Shown piece after piece: positions 28,511 through 38,905 of a DNA stretch of 64,000 nt (its first letter is position 1; each line of letters starts with the position of its first letter). The notes under the pieces were generated by a model, which saw only the letters and a program-made list of their open reading frames with translations, did no database searches and was not told the origin of the DNA. Source of the DNA: Chloroflexota bacterium (GTDB lineage: Bacteria; Chloroflexota; Dehalococcoidia; UBA2247; JAXHVC01); contig JAXHVC010000224.1 of the NCBI GenBank assembly GCA_034189315.1, positions 281-64,280 of the forward strand, in the 5' to 3' direction. The position numbers and the translations under genes are program-made.

Positions 28511-29308
28511 CTATTCAGCTTTGTACTCTGGTTTCCTCTTCATACCGAATGCCATTAGACCTTCCATGGCATCTTTAGTTCCCATCAGTTTGCCCGCTAG
28601 ATCTGCCTCCAGATTCATCCCATCTTGCAGAGACATCTCTAAACCCCTATACGCAGCCTCTTTAACAGCCCTTACCGCCAAAGGACCATTCTCACATATG
28701 TGATTTGCCAAATCCTCACATGACTGCATCAACTCCGCTGCAGGAACAACCTTATTGACCAGACCTATACGATATGCCTCATCGGCTTCTATGAAATCGG
28801 CGGTAAAGAGTATTTCCAAAGCCCTTCCCATAGGTACAAGCCGAGGTAATCTTTGAGTCCCGCCACCTGCAGGCATCAATCCCTGTCTCACCTCACGCAA
28901 ACCCAAACGAGCATTGTCACCTGCTATCCGGATATCACAGAGCATGGCTAATTCTAGGCCACCACCGGTTGCCATACCATTAATTGCAGCGATAATAGGC
29001 TTCCAAACGCCCATTCCTCTAAAGAACGTACCAATATCTTCAAGTGATGCGCTTTCGCCAGAGGCACCACCACCACCAGCCATTCCCCCAGCCTCCTTCA
29101 GGTCCATCCCAACACAGAAGGCCTTCTTCTCTGTACCGGTATCAGCACCTGTTACAATTGCAGCCCAAACATCATTGTCATCCCTGACATCTTTGAACGC
29201 TTTGGCCAGACCTCCCCACCCTGCCATATTCATTGCATTTAGCACTTCTGGACGATTTAAGGTAATGTATGCGATTTTCCCTTTTTTCTCATATAGTACT
29301 GGTGGCAC
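28511..29308 (-). CDS. Enoyl-CoA hydratase/isomerase (crotonase) family protein
   Basis: ...KIAYITLNRPEVLNAMN...FCVGMDLKE. The start is placed at a GTG 8 nt after an AAGGAGG Shine-Dalgarno; the six-frame ORF extends to 29380. Confidence 0.8.
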   Translation of the reverse strand: MPPVLYEKKGKIAYITLNRPEVLNAMNMAGWGGLAKAFKDVRDDNDVWAAIVTGADTGTEKKAFCVGMDLKEAGGMAGGGGASGESASLEDIGTFFRGMGVWKPIIAAINGMATGGGLELAMLCDIRIAGDNARLGLREVRQGLMPAGGGTQRLPRLVPMGRALEILFTADFIEADEAYRIGLVNKVVPAAELMQSCEDLANHICENGPLAVRAVKEAAYRGLEMSLQDGMNLEADLAGKLMGTKDAMEGLMAFGMKRKPEYKAE

Positions 29309-29436
29309 GTTGATAACCTCCTTATTTCTTGTTTTTGCCAGCCGCTTCCCTTCCCCCCAAAAGGCCAGACAGCAGAGCACAGATATTTACTCAGTAGGTT
29401 CTCACTCCCTTGAGGTTCTTAACAAACAACAGGGAC

Positions 29437-30039
29437 CTATTTGTCCGGTTTGGTCAGAACCTCATCAACCAGACCATACTCCACTGCTTGATCAGCACTA
29501 AGATAGAAATCGCGATCTGTATCTTGAATAATCTTTTCCATAGGTTGTTCAGTATGATATGAAAGGATTTTGCGTATAGACTCCTGCACACGCATGATTT
29601 CCCTGGCAGCAATCTCAATATCGGCAGCTTGCCCTTGCGCTCCACCCATGGCCTGATGCATATGAATCGTAGCGTTAGGCAGAGAATAACGCTTTCCCTT
29701 AGTCCCTGCACTCAATAATACCGTTCCCATGCTAGCAGCCAGGCCAACACATATAGTAGCAACATCCGGTTTTATTAACTGAAATGTATCGTATATGGCC
29801 AACCCAGCACTAATCACACCACCGGGACAGTTTATATACACACTCACATCTTTGTCCGGATCTTCTCTCTCCAGAAATAACAACTGCGCAACTATGAGAT
29901 TAGCTATCTGATCATTAATCGGTGTACCCAGAAATACAATCCGTTCCTTGAGCAATAGCGAATATATATCAAAGGCTCGCTCACCACGCGAACCACTTTC
30001 TATAACCATCGGGATTATGGCACTAGGCAATTGAGTCAT
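29437..30039 (-). CDS. clpP: ATP-dependent Clp protease proteolytic subunit
   Basis: 200-aa ORF with ERIVFLG...INSPGG and Ser/His/Asp triad context. Confidence 0.95.
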   Translation of the reverse strand: MTQLPSAIIPMVIESGSRGERAFDIYSLLLKERIVFLGTPINDQIANLIVAQLLFLEREDPDKDVSVYINCPGGVISAGLAIYDTFQLIKPDVATICVGLAASMGTVLLSAGTKGKRYSLPNATIHMHQAMGGAQGQAADIEIAAREIMRVQESIRKILSYHTEQPMEKIIQDTDRDFYLSADQAVEYGLVDEVLTKPDK

Positions 30040-30061
30040 TTAAGCTTCCTCCCTCAATCAA

Positions 30062-31411
30062 CTAATCTGAAGTTTCCTGGGCGGAATCGTCTTCTTCTTG
30101 CGTCGCGGAATCACCCTGACTCTCGTCAGCTAATCCTGAGGCTATCTCTACAAGACGCTGCATTGTCTTGCTCATGAGAATCGACTCGCGAATTTGTCTG
30201 CGCCCCGCCTCACTATTCAGAACCTTCGCTAATTCAGGATTCCTTTCTTGCCCACCCTGTAGTATCACCTCAATCTCCGCATCTATCTCAGATGGTTCAA
30301 CCACTATACTCTCTTCTTTGGCTAGCTTAGCTAGTACAAGAGACCTACTGACACGCTCAGCAGCTAATGGGCGAAGCTCATCACTCACCTCTTCCTTGCT
30401 CTTTCCAATGGATTCGAGGTACTGATCAACACCACTCCGTCCCCCAGAAGTCCTTGCTGCCTGCCCTCTCAGGAACTCTTCGATCTCCCATTCCAACATC
30501 ACTGGAGGGAACGAAACAGTGGCCCCCTCTAGAACAGCTCCCAGAGCTTTTTCTTCGAAGCGTTTCTTGGCCTCATGCTCCGCCATACTCTCCAGATTCT
30601 TTGTAATACGATCCCGGAGTTCCTCCACCGTGCTGAGACCTTGCCCAATACTCCTAGCAAACTCGTCATCAATATCCGGGAGATGTTTCTCCTTGACCTC
30701 AAGAAGATTGACCATAAAGTGGAACTGTTGACCAGCTAGCTCCTGAATGTCCTCATAGTCCTCCGGATATGAAATATCAAATTCCCGCTCGTCGCCCTTA
30801 TTCATTCCTACAAGATGTTCACAGAATCCAGGTAATGGAGACGTAGATTCCTTGTCTATAAGACATTCATATCCCGTATGGCGAGTTGGAGGTTCTCCCT
30901 CAGCCCCACCATCCACATCGATAATAGCCAGGTCGCCATACTCCACGAACCGGTCTACAGATTCCCACTCCACATGCTGTTCCCGAAGCCTCTCTATTGT
31001 GTCCTCGACACGAGATGGATCGAACTCAGGAACTTCAGGAGGTACCCTTACATTGATGTAATCACCAAGCTCAACTTCGGGACGTAGAGGAACCCTAGCC
31101 TCGAAGGTTACAGGATCTATGTTTTTTAACTCAACATGAGGTTCTGCTATAGCCTCAACATTGGTTTTACTAATTGCCAGGTTATAGAGACGAGGAACCA
31201 AGTCTTTTAGCGCTTCCTCCATAAGGGCTTCTCTACCCACATAGCGCTCCAATATATCGCGTGGAACCTTACCCTTTCGAAAACCTGGTGTCTTTACCCT
31301 CTTAGACAAATCCCTATATGCGACATTCATCGATTGTTCTAACTCTTGCGGTTCGGCTTCGATGGTAAAGATGGCTTCCTGCGTTTCAGTCCATTGAGGT
31401 GATAATTTCAT
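30062..31411 (-). CDS. tig: Trigger factor
   Basis: 449-aa ORF with an N-terminal ribosome-binding region (GFRKGKVP), a PPIase domain and an acidic C-terminus. It sits immediately upstream of clpP. Confidence 0.9.
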   Translation of the reverse strand: MKLSPQWTETQEAIFTIEAEPQELEQSMNVAYRDLSKRVKTPGFRKGKVPRDILERYVGREALMEEALKDLVPRLYNLAISKTNVEAIAEPHVELKNIDPVTFEARVPLRPEVELGDYINVRVPPEVPEFDPSRVEDTIERLREQHVEWESVDRFVEYGDLAIIDVDGGAEGEPPTRHTGYECLIDKESTSPLPGFCEHLVGMNKGDEREFDISYPEDYEDIQELAGQQFHFMVNLLEVKEKHLPDIDDEFARSIGQGLSTVEELRDRITKNLESMAEHEAKKRFEEKALGAVLEGATVSFPPVMLEWEIEEFLRGQAARTSGGRSGVDQYLESIGKSKEEVSDELRPLAAERVSRSLVLAKLAKEESIVVEPSEIDAEIEVILQGGQERNPELAKVLNSEAGRRQIRESILMSKTMQRLVEIASGLADESQGDSATQEEDDSAQETSD

Positions 31412-31610
31412 ACTTGTTTCTCTCCCAATAAGTCACTCATTATAGCATATGGAAACATTGGCACGAAACAGATGTCATCTGTAGTGCAGGCAACAAAACG
31501 AGATACTATATCGTATTCTATCCACCAATTCCAAATTGTGATGCCACAAAACTGTAAGTATGTGATACTCTTAATCCTGTTACATAGCACTTGATAAGAG
31601 GCCGTTTTTC

Positions 31611-31698
31611 ATTACTAATCGTCTCATAATAGAGTGCTCCTGCTGCGTCGCAGTACAGATGGCTGCTTGATCTGGACTTTTATGAGACGATTAGTAAT
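31611..31698. repeat. Perfect 19-bp inverted repeat (attactaatcgtctcataa / ttatgagacgattagtaat) with a 50-nt spacer that holds an inner ctgcgtcgcag palindrome
   Basis: Read directly. It lies in the divergent tig/dnaE intergenic region. Confidence 0.7.
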
Positions 31699-32007
31699 AA
31701 TTGACTGATATTGAGTTATAGGTACCCACTTTAATTCCACCTAGTGTGTAAGCATCATAATCATATGTAATAGTATCCTATGTATAGTATCAGTTATACT
31801 GCTCTCGTCCAGGTCATATATGAGCTACGGTTCCTTCCGGACGGTTTGTTATCCAGCTTATATCTATGCAAGATGGGGTCATTATTGGGGATGATACCAA
31901 GCTGTTTTTCGCCCTTCGTTTGACAGATAGACACAAGGTTGAATACACATAAACAAGAAACCGTTCAATGATCTTCACGATGATAAAATCATTAGGTTAG
32001 AGAGACT

Positions 32008-35000
32008 ATGTTCAATCATCTTCATGTGCATACTGAGTTCAGCCTATTAGATGGCATGTGTCGTATAAATGAGCTGGTCGCCAGGGCCAAGGAACTCGAG
32101 ATGCCTTGTCTGGCTATCACTGATCATGGTTCGATGTATGGAACAATCGATTTCTATTTGAACGCCAAGAAAGCAGACATAAAGCCCATCTTGGGGTGCG
32201 AATTCTATGTGGCACCATCTAGTAGACACAGCAAGACACAATCCGATAAGAATCCATCACATCTAGTACTGTTAGCTAGAAATGCGACAGGGTATAGAAA
32301 TCTATTACAACTAGCCACTAGAGCTCATACTGAGGGATTCTACTACAAACCAAGAATAGATAAAGAGCTTCTGGCCAACCACTGTGAAGGACTTATTGCC
32401 CTTTCCGCATGTGCTCAGGGGGAAATAGCGCGGTTGATCAGAGACAATATGCATGATCAAGCTGTTGCCGCAGCACTATCTTACAAAGAGCTATTTGGGG
32501 ACAAATACTTCATAGAGATACAGCACCATGATATACCGGAATTAGACCAGGTCAATCCGGAATTGATCAACCTCAGTAAAGAGTTGAACATAGGCCTAGT
32601 AGCTACTAATGATACCCACTACCTGCACAAAGATGACGCCCCCTACCACGATCTACTGCTGTGCATCCAAACAAATGCAATTGTTGCCGACGAACGTCGC
32701 ATGCGAATGACAGGGGATTCGTTCTACTTAAAGAGTCCCGAAGAAATGGCATTGCTTTTCCCTATGGTTCCTCAAGCCCTGGAGAACACTCAACGCATTG
32801 CCGACATGTGCAACGTTGATTTAGAGTTCGGGCGTCTCCATCTGCCTGAAATAGATATGCCTGAAGGCAAGAGTGCTGACGAGTACTTGGAGGAGCTATG
32901 CTGGGAGGGCCTACGAAAACGCTATCCTCAGGGATCCTCCGAAGTAGAGGATCGATTGAGATATGAGCTCGATGTTATTAAGAAGACAGAATTCGCTGCA
33001 TATTTCCTCGTAGTATGGGATATTGTCTACTATGTGAGACAGCAAAACATCTATTTTGGAGTGCGCGGTAGTGCTGCCGCTAGCATAGTCCTCTACTGTT
33101 TGGGAATAACTGATGCAGACCCTCTCCAACACAAGCTCGTTTTTGAACGCTTTCTTAATATCGAACGAAAAGAGATGCCAGATATTGACCTAGATTTTCA
33201 AGATGACCGCAGAGAAGAGGTCATCGCTTATGTCACTAAGAAATATGGACAGGATCATGTAGCACAGATCATCACATTTGGGACACTTGGAGCAAAAGCT
33301 GCCATACGTGACGTTGGGCGGGCACTCGGTATGGCATATCCTCAGGTCGATCGAGTAGCCAAGCTAATACCTGCAACACTTGGTATATCACTGGAAAGAG
33401 CTCTTGCAGAGAGCGAAGAGCTAAAACAGGTTTACGATGCCGATGCTTCGGTTAAGAGGCTTGTGGATTCTGCAATTCGATTGGAAGGCATTGCAAGACA
33501 TGCTAGCACTCATGCTGCTGGAGTGGTGATATCCCGAGAACCATTAATCGAGCATGTCCCCCTACAGCAAGCCACAAAGGATTCCACTGGAGGCATGCTT
33601 ATCACACAACTCGGGATGGAGAATATAGCCAAAGTTGGCCTACTCAAGATGGACTTCCTGGGTCTGGCCAATCTATCAACCTTAGCAAGGGCTAAGGAAA
33701 TAGTATATCAGAACTCAGGATTGCAGATAGACCTCCACAAGATCCCTATGGACGATACAAAGACTTTCGAGCTACTCTCATCAGGTGAAACAACCGGTAT
33801 ATTCCAGTTGGAGGGTGGGGGCATGAGACGCTACCTTAAAGAACTACGTCCCACCACCTTCAGCGATCTAGCTGCAATGGTAGCACTTTACCGACCAGGA
33901 CCAAAGGATCATATTCCAACATTCATCAGTTCCAAGCATGGCCTTTCTCCAATTCACTACCCACATCCAGCGCTCTCGGAGATCCTTGGGGAGACCTACG
34001 GTATAATCGTTTATCAAGATCAGGTGCTCCGCATTGTTCAAACCTTTGCTGGATACTCTCTGGGAGAGGCAGATATCGTCCGCAAGGCAATGGGTAAGAA
34101 AATCGCCTCCATCATGGCAGCCGAGAAGGAAAAATTCATTACAGGGGCACAGAATAAGGGGTTCTCTCAATCAACAGCCGAGGACATATTCAGTCTCATC
34201 GAGCCCTTTGCAGGATATGCATTCAACAAAGCACATAGTGTTAGCTACGCGACAATTGCCTATCAGACTGCATATCTGAAGGCAAATTACCCAATAGAAT
34301 ACTTTACCGCCTTCTTAGCCACAAACGCAGATCAACAAGCGAAGATCGCCACCGCCGTAGCAGAGTGTCAACGGTTGGGCATCAATATACTACCTCCGGA
34401 CATCAACAAGAGCAAAGCCACTTTCTCTATAGATGATCAACCACAGTCAATACGATTTGGGCTAGCTAATATAAAGAATGTTGGCATAGCCGCAATAGAA
34501 CCTATCATCATGGCTCACAGACAGGGTGGTATCTTCAAGTCTCTGGAGGACTTTTGTCAACGTACCAATCTACGTGGTGTGAACAGAAAAGTGTTAGAGA
34601 GCCTGATCAAGGTAGGAGTGTTCGATAGTTATGGTGAAAGAGCAGCATTGCTGAACAATATTGACCGCATCATAACCCTATCCTCTCAGGAACAGTCTCG
34701 GCAAGAGACAGGACAATCGACAATGTTCGATTTATGGACCGAGAATGAACCTGGGATACAACCCACCATCGAGCTAGGTAATGAGACATCAACACTAACT
34801 GAAAAGCTGAGCTGGGAAAAGGAATTGACAGGTATATATCTCTCAGGACATCCCTTCAGCCAGGCAGCCGCTGATCTGGCCTCTAGTGTGATTAGCTGTG
34901 ATCAAATCGATCCTGAGATGGCAGGCCAGACTATCACAGTAGGTGGGGTGGTAACATCTCCAAGGATATTACTAACCAAGAACAAACAGAAGCCCTTCGT

Positions 35001-35448
35001 TACCGCTGTACTAGAGGACCTTATAGGTAGCATCACTGTTACCTGTTGGACCAATGTGTTTGAACAAACAAAGGAAGTCTGGGAAGAAGGCAAGATAGTA
35101 CTCGCCACTGGCAAGGTGAGGGCCCGAGATAATGAAGTAGACCTTATTTGCGATGATGCCAGGGAATACGCTCCCAAGCAGTCGAAAGACGTATCATCAC
35201 AACAGCAACCAAGGCGCCTAATGATTACACTCCCTCAAACAGATGACATCGAAGGAGATATTAAGCAGCTACATCAGGTAGTAGATACCATAGAGAATTA
35301 CCCAGGGCAAGACGAAGTACTTTTAGCTATTGCCACCTCAGATGGAACAGTCACCCTCACGATGCCTAGCATAACCGTACGCTGCTGTTATCAGCTTCAG
35401 CAACGGCTGATCTCTATTCTACCCCAAGGTGAAATAGTGGAAGCCTAA
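32008..35448 (+). CDS. dnaE: DNA polymerase III alpha subunit
   Basis: 1146-aa ORF with an N-terminal PHP domain (HLHVHTEFSLLDG), a pol-beta-like core and a C-terminal OB fold. Confidence 0.95.
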   Translation: MFNHLHVHTEFSLLDGMCRINELVARAKELEMPCLAITDHGSMYGTIDFYLNAKKADIKPILGCEFYVAPSSRHSKTQSDKNPSHLVLLARNATGYRNLLQLATRAHTEGFYYKPRIDKELLANHCEGLIALSACAQGEIARLIRDNMHDQAVAAALSYKELFGDKYFIEIQHHDIPELDQVNPELINLSKELNIGLVATNDTHYLHKDDAPYHDLLLCIQTNAIVADERRMRMTGDSFYLKSPEEMALLFPMVPQALENTQRIADMCNVDLEFGRLHLPEIDMPEGKSADEYLEELCWEGLRKRYPQGSSEVEDRLRYELDVIKKTEFAAYFLVVWDIVYYVRQQNIYFGVRGSAAASIVLYCLGITDADPLQHKLVFERFLNIERKEMPDIDLDFQDDRREEVIAYVTKKYGQDHVAQIITFGTLGAKAAIRDVGRALGMAYPQVDRVAKLIPATLGISLERALAESEELKQVYDADASVKRLVDSAIRLEGIARHASTHAAGVVISREPLIEHVPLQQATKDSTGGMLITQLGMENIAKVGLLKMDFLGLANLSTLARAKEIVYQNSGLQIDLHKIPMDDTKTFELLSSGETTGIFQLEGGGMRRYLKELRPTTFSDLAAMVALYRPGPKDHIPTFISSKHGLSPIHYPHPALSEILGETYGIIVYQDQVLRIVQTFAGYSLGEADIVRKAMGKKIASIMAAEKEKFITGAQNKGFSQSTAEDIFSLIEPFAGYAFNKAHSVSYATIAYQTAYLKANYPIEYFTAFLATNADQQAKIATAVAECQRLGINILPPDINKSKATFSIDDQPQSIRFGLANIKNVGIAAIEPIIMAHRQGGIFKSLEDFCQRTNLRGVNRKVLESLIKVGVFDSYGERAALLNNIDRIITLSSQEQSRQETGQSTMFDLWTENEPGIQPTIELGNETSTLTEKLSWEKELTGIYLSGHPFSQAAADLASSVISCDQIDPEMAGQTITVGGVVTSPRILLTKNKQKPFVTAVLEDLIGSITVTCWTNVFEQTKEVWEEGKIVLATGKVRARDNEVDLICDDAREYAPKQSKDVSSQQQPRRLMITLPQTDDIEGDIKQLHQVVDTIENYPGQDEVLLAIATSDGTVTLTMPSITVRCCYQLQQRLISILPQGEIVEA

Positions 35449-35941
35449 AACAGAACCCCTCCATCTCCAACAACCGTGTCTTTACCTCTAATCCTGCACT
35501 AAAGCCGCCCATTGTTCCATCTGCACAAACCACGCGATGACAAGGTACTATGATAGGAAAAGGGTTCACCGCTAATGCCCTTCCAACCGCTCTTACCGAA
35601 CCTGGACTCCCAATTTGCTTAGATATCCAAGAATAGCTCCGAGTCTCTCCATACGGAATGCTTTGAGTGGTCCTCCATACACTAGTTTGGAAGGGTGTAA
35701 ATCCATTCAAATCTAGATCGCAAGTAAAGGTAATCGGGTGCCCCGTCAAGTAATCCACTAACCTATCCGCAAGATTCGGTAAGAAGCCTTCATCATATAT
35801 AAACTCTATGTTGCCGCAGATTACACTACTAATGGCTTGCTCTGCAGTTGGTAATGCTATCGCTATCCTTCTGACCCCTAAACAAGTAGCAGACAATCCA
35901 ATCCAGCCCAAGCAAGTGTCTCTCACAGTAACAATCAACAT
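35414..35941 (-). CDS. ogt: Methylated-DNA--protein-cysteine methyltransferase
   Basis: C-terminal active site VPCHRVVCADGTMGGFSAG. It overlaps the dnaE 3' end convergently by 35 nt. Confidence 0.85.
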   Translation of the reverse strand: MLIVTVRDTCLGWIGLSATCLGVRRIAIALPTAEQAISSVICGNIEFIYDEGFLPNLADRLVDYLTGHPITFTCDLDLNGFTPFQTSVWRTTQSIPYGETRSYSWISKQIGSPGSVRAVGRALAVNPFPIIVPCHRVVCADGTMGGFSAGLEVKTRLLEMEGFCFRLPLFHLGVE

Positions 35942-36166
35942 CTATTTCACCCGTTGCCACCAATCATCAATCAGCAGTCTAAAACGTGACTCCGATCAGC
36001 AGCCCTTTCTATTTTAACCATCAACAATTGGAACCCAAACGTTTTTATGGTATAATTCACATATTAATTATAGTATACTTACTCACTCGAAAGCATATCT
36101 ATTTTATTGTAAACTTTATTTATGCAAACTTGGGATATGAGTAGGTTGGTAAAAGGCAGTTAAGTT

Positions 36167-37816
36167 ATGGCAGGTGAACAGAAGCTTACCTCCGACACTA
36201 CAAAAGACCTATACGGAAGCTACTCTGAATACTGGCGCAGAAACAAATCAGCCCTTGAGCCATTGGAATTAGCTAATGCATTGAAGGCCTTGCGAAAAGT
36301 CGTGGGGTACGTTGGAGCCAACTGTAAGACGGTGGAATGGGCTGGTATGTCCGAACCAGGGGAAGGCAAGATTCTGATCGACGTCAGTCCTTCCGAAGGC
36401 AAGGTTCCTATTCCAGGGGACAGGATGGATGTCATGGTGGGACAAGCCATCCACGAGGCTCTACATTGCCGTGAATGGAGCGATTGGATTTGGTTAGATG
36501 TCGAGAGTAAGAAGAAAGAACTTTTTCCCAGATACAAGAGTTATCTAAAACTATTAGTAGACGCAGGGGAAGATGTTTATGTTGACCACATAGCTAAGGA
36601 TAATGTACTGGGGAACTATGTCACTGTCACCAGAGCATGGTACAAACCCAAAGGGTCCTTAGATAACTCCTCCTATCCAAATACAGATGGATTGATTCGC
36701 CTATGGAGAAGAATCGCTCTATACAAAGAAGCACCGGAAGAGTATCTTCCTGAATATGAAGAGCCATTGAAAATCCTGATCGATGCAGGGAACCAACTCA
36801 TCGAAGGCGGTCAAGGTATCAGCTCCGTAGCCGAACGTGCAAGTTGTAGGAGTGAGGTATACGTTAGCACATGGGATAAGATCAGCCCATTTCTAACATT
36901 ATGGGATCGGCAGGAAACCGAAAGAATTATGGCCACTCGCAAGGCGAAGAGAGCCGAGCGCTCATTAGTGTACGAAGGTTACACCGAAGATAGTCTATCA
37001 CCCCAGCTTGCACAAGAGGTGGCAGAGATTCTAGCTGCCACTGGGGAAGATATGACCCCTTTGCTGGAAAGCGAGTTGACCAAACCGGAGGACAAAGCCC
37101 TAAGAACCATATTCAAAGATGCAACCATACCATATACACCAAATCTAGACTATACTCTAGTAGCACGGCTGCGGCGTATTTTCCAGGCCCAATGGGAAAG
37201 GACAGTACGCACCGATCGAGGACTAATCAGCGGTAGAGTTGATGGAAGAAGGCTCTACCGAGTAAGTACCACTGGAAGGGTGTTCCGCAATAAAGCCCAC
37301 CCCTTGGTGAACGTTTGGAGTATAACAGTTCTTCTTGACGCATCCATATCAATGGGGATGGCAGGAACAGACTGGCTACATGCGCAGAATACCTGCGCCG
37401 CACTTTGGAAGGCTCTTCAAGGTTATAGAAACAAACTCGATATATTGGCCTATCACGAAGACCACGATGTGTGCCGTGTATCCAAGCTATTCCACCATAG
37501 GCAGTTTTTTACAGTGACCCCTTGCGGTAGAACACCATCAGGACAGGCAGTAATGATTGCCGCAATGAGAATGTCCGAGGCAAAAAGGAAGCTATTGATT
37601 CATATAACCGATGGTGAGTGTAACTGTGGGAGTAGTGTACAGGAAGCATTAAATTACTGCCAAAGGAACTCTATTGAACTTGTGACACTAGGATTCGGCC
37701 TCGACAAGGAACTCGTCAAGGAACAATATGGAGAAAGCAGTCAATTGGTTGACTCAATAAAACAAGTACCTGAAGCACTAGAAATCGTTCTAAAGAAAAA
37801 GCTGTTGAGGGAGTGA
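36167..37816 (+). CDS. vWA-domain protein with an N-terminal HExxH (zincin-like) region, paralog 1
   Basis: C-terminal vWA with a MIDAS motif (LLDASISMG...ITDGECN). N-region has AIHEALH and a downstream AGEDVYVD. The same motifs are conserved in the 38906-40606 paralog. Confidence 0.7.
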   Translation: MAGEQKLTSDTTKDLYGSYSEYWRRNKSALEPLELANALKALRKVVGYVGANCKTVEWAGMSEPGEGKILIDVSPSEGKVPIPGDRMDVMVGQAIHEALHCREWSDWIWLDVESKKKELFPRYKSYLKLLVDAGEDVYVDHIAKDNVLGNYVTVTRAWYKPKGSLDNSSYPNTDGLIRLWRRIALYKEAPEEYLPEYEEPLKILIDAGNQLIEGGQGISSVAERASCRSEVYVSTWDKISPFLTLWDRQETERIMATRKAKRAERSLVYEGYTEDSLSPQLAQEVAEILAATGEDMTPLLESELTKPEDKALRTIFKDATIPYTPNLDYTLVARLRRIFQAQWERTVRTDRGLISGRVDGRRLYRVSTTGRVFRNKAHPLVNVWSITVLLDASISMGMAGTDWLHAQNTCAALWKALQGYRNKLDILAYHEDHDVCRVSKLFHHRQFFTVTPCGRTPSGQAVMIAAMRMSEAKRKLLIHITDGECNCGSSVQEALNYCQRNSIELVTLGFGLDKELVKEQYGESSQLVDSIKQVPEALEIVLKKKLLRE

Positions 37817-37827
37817 GGTAAATAAGC

Positions 37828-38673
37828 ATGATAAAGCACAGCAAAGAGATACAAGTTCCGCAGGCAGATCCCTATTTCTTCCTGCCTGAGGAGATCATTG
37901 GGGTGCTTGATAAACTAGAGAAGCTCTCAAAAAAACACCCTGTTAATATTCTGGTTACCGGCAAACAAGGCTGTGGGAAGTCCTCTCTCGTAAGACAGTT
38001 TTCCGCGCGGTACGAACATCCAATGTCCTCCTTCCAAATCGGATTATTATCCGAGCCAGGGCAGCTATTTGGAGAACAGAGGTTAAAAGAAGGAGAGACC
38101 TATTATCAACAATTCCTATTTCCTCAAGCCATCTCTACTCCTGGCTGTGTTCTGCACCTTGAGGAATTGAACCGTCCAGAACATCCAAAAGCGCTCAACG
38201 AGCTGTTCTCTGTATTATCCGAAGATAGATGTATCTGGGTGGATGAACTTGGGCTAGTATCTGTAGCAGAAAGAGTGCTTTTCTTTGCCACTCTGAATGA
38301 GGGAGAGGAATTCACTGGGATTGATCAGCTTGACGCCGCATTAAGAGACAGATTCTATGTTATTCAGATGGATTACCTTCCTTGGGATGTAGAACAGCAA
38401 GTGCTAATGCTCAAAACAGGCGTTGAGGAGGAGCAAGCAGTCAATATCCTAAGGGTGATAAACAAACTAAGAAGCAATACACAGGTTCCAATTGCAGTCT
38501 CAACAAGACATAGCCTAATGATTGCGGAATTGGTAGTCTTAGGAGCCTCTATTCGAGAAGCAATTATTTTCAGCCTGCAGCTAGATAAGGATATGCTCGA
38601 ATCACTCCTTCTATCCCTCCATCTGGAAACAGGAGATACTAGGGTCGCTAAGAGCGCTTATCGCATTTTCTAG
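37828..38673 (+). CDS. MoxR/CbbQ-class AAA+ ATPase
   Basis: Walker A ILVTGKQGCGKSSL, a Walker B-like VLHLEELNR and an arginine-finger region RDRFYV. 281 aa. Confidence 0.75.
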   Translation: MIKHSKEIQVPQADPYFFLPEEIIGVLDKLEKLSKKHPVNILVTGKQGCGKSSLVRQFSARYEHPMSSFQIGLLSEPGQLFGEQRLKEGETYYQQFLFPQAISTPGCVLHLEELNRPEHPKALNELFSVLSEDRCIWVDELGLVSVAERVLFFATLNEGEEFTGIDQLDAALRDRFYVIQMDYLPWDVEQQVLMLKTGVEEEQAVNILRVINKLRSNTQVPIAVSTRHSLMIAELVVLGASIREAIIFSLQLDKDMLESLLLSLHLETGDTRVAKSAYRIF

Positions 38674-38905
38674 TCTTGTTCCTACGTTCAATCATCATAT
38701 AGGCCTGCCAGAATAGTCATCTGCCAGGGAGAGGGGGATGGTCACACTGTAAGATCTAACGCTCGGTCCCTGGCAGTTGTTGTTTTTTCAAATCTCTTCT
38801 GTACCGAATACAATCATATGAGTACTGTTATCATTGTTGTGCTCATTAGATAAAGCCAACTTCTCGACCGTTTCCCCCTACGCATTCTACAGGAAAAAAG
38901 GAGCC

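Noticed and set aside
28914-29501. 195-aa plus-strand Pro/Ser-rich ORF
   Set aside because: Antisense to the crotonase and clpP genes. Low-complexity composition.
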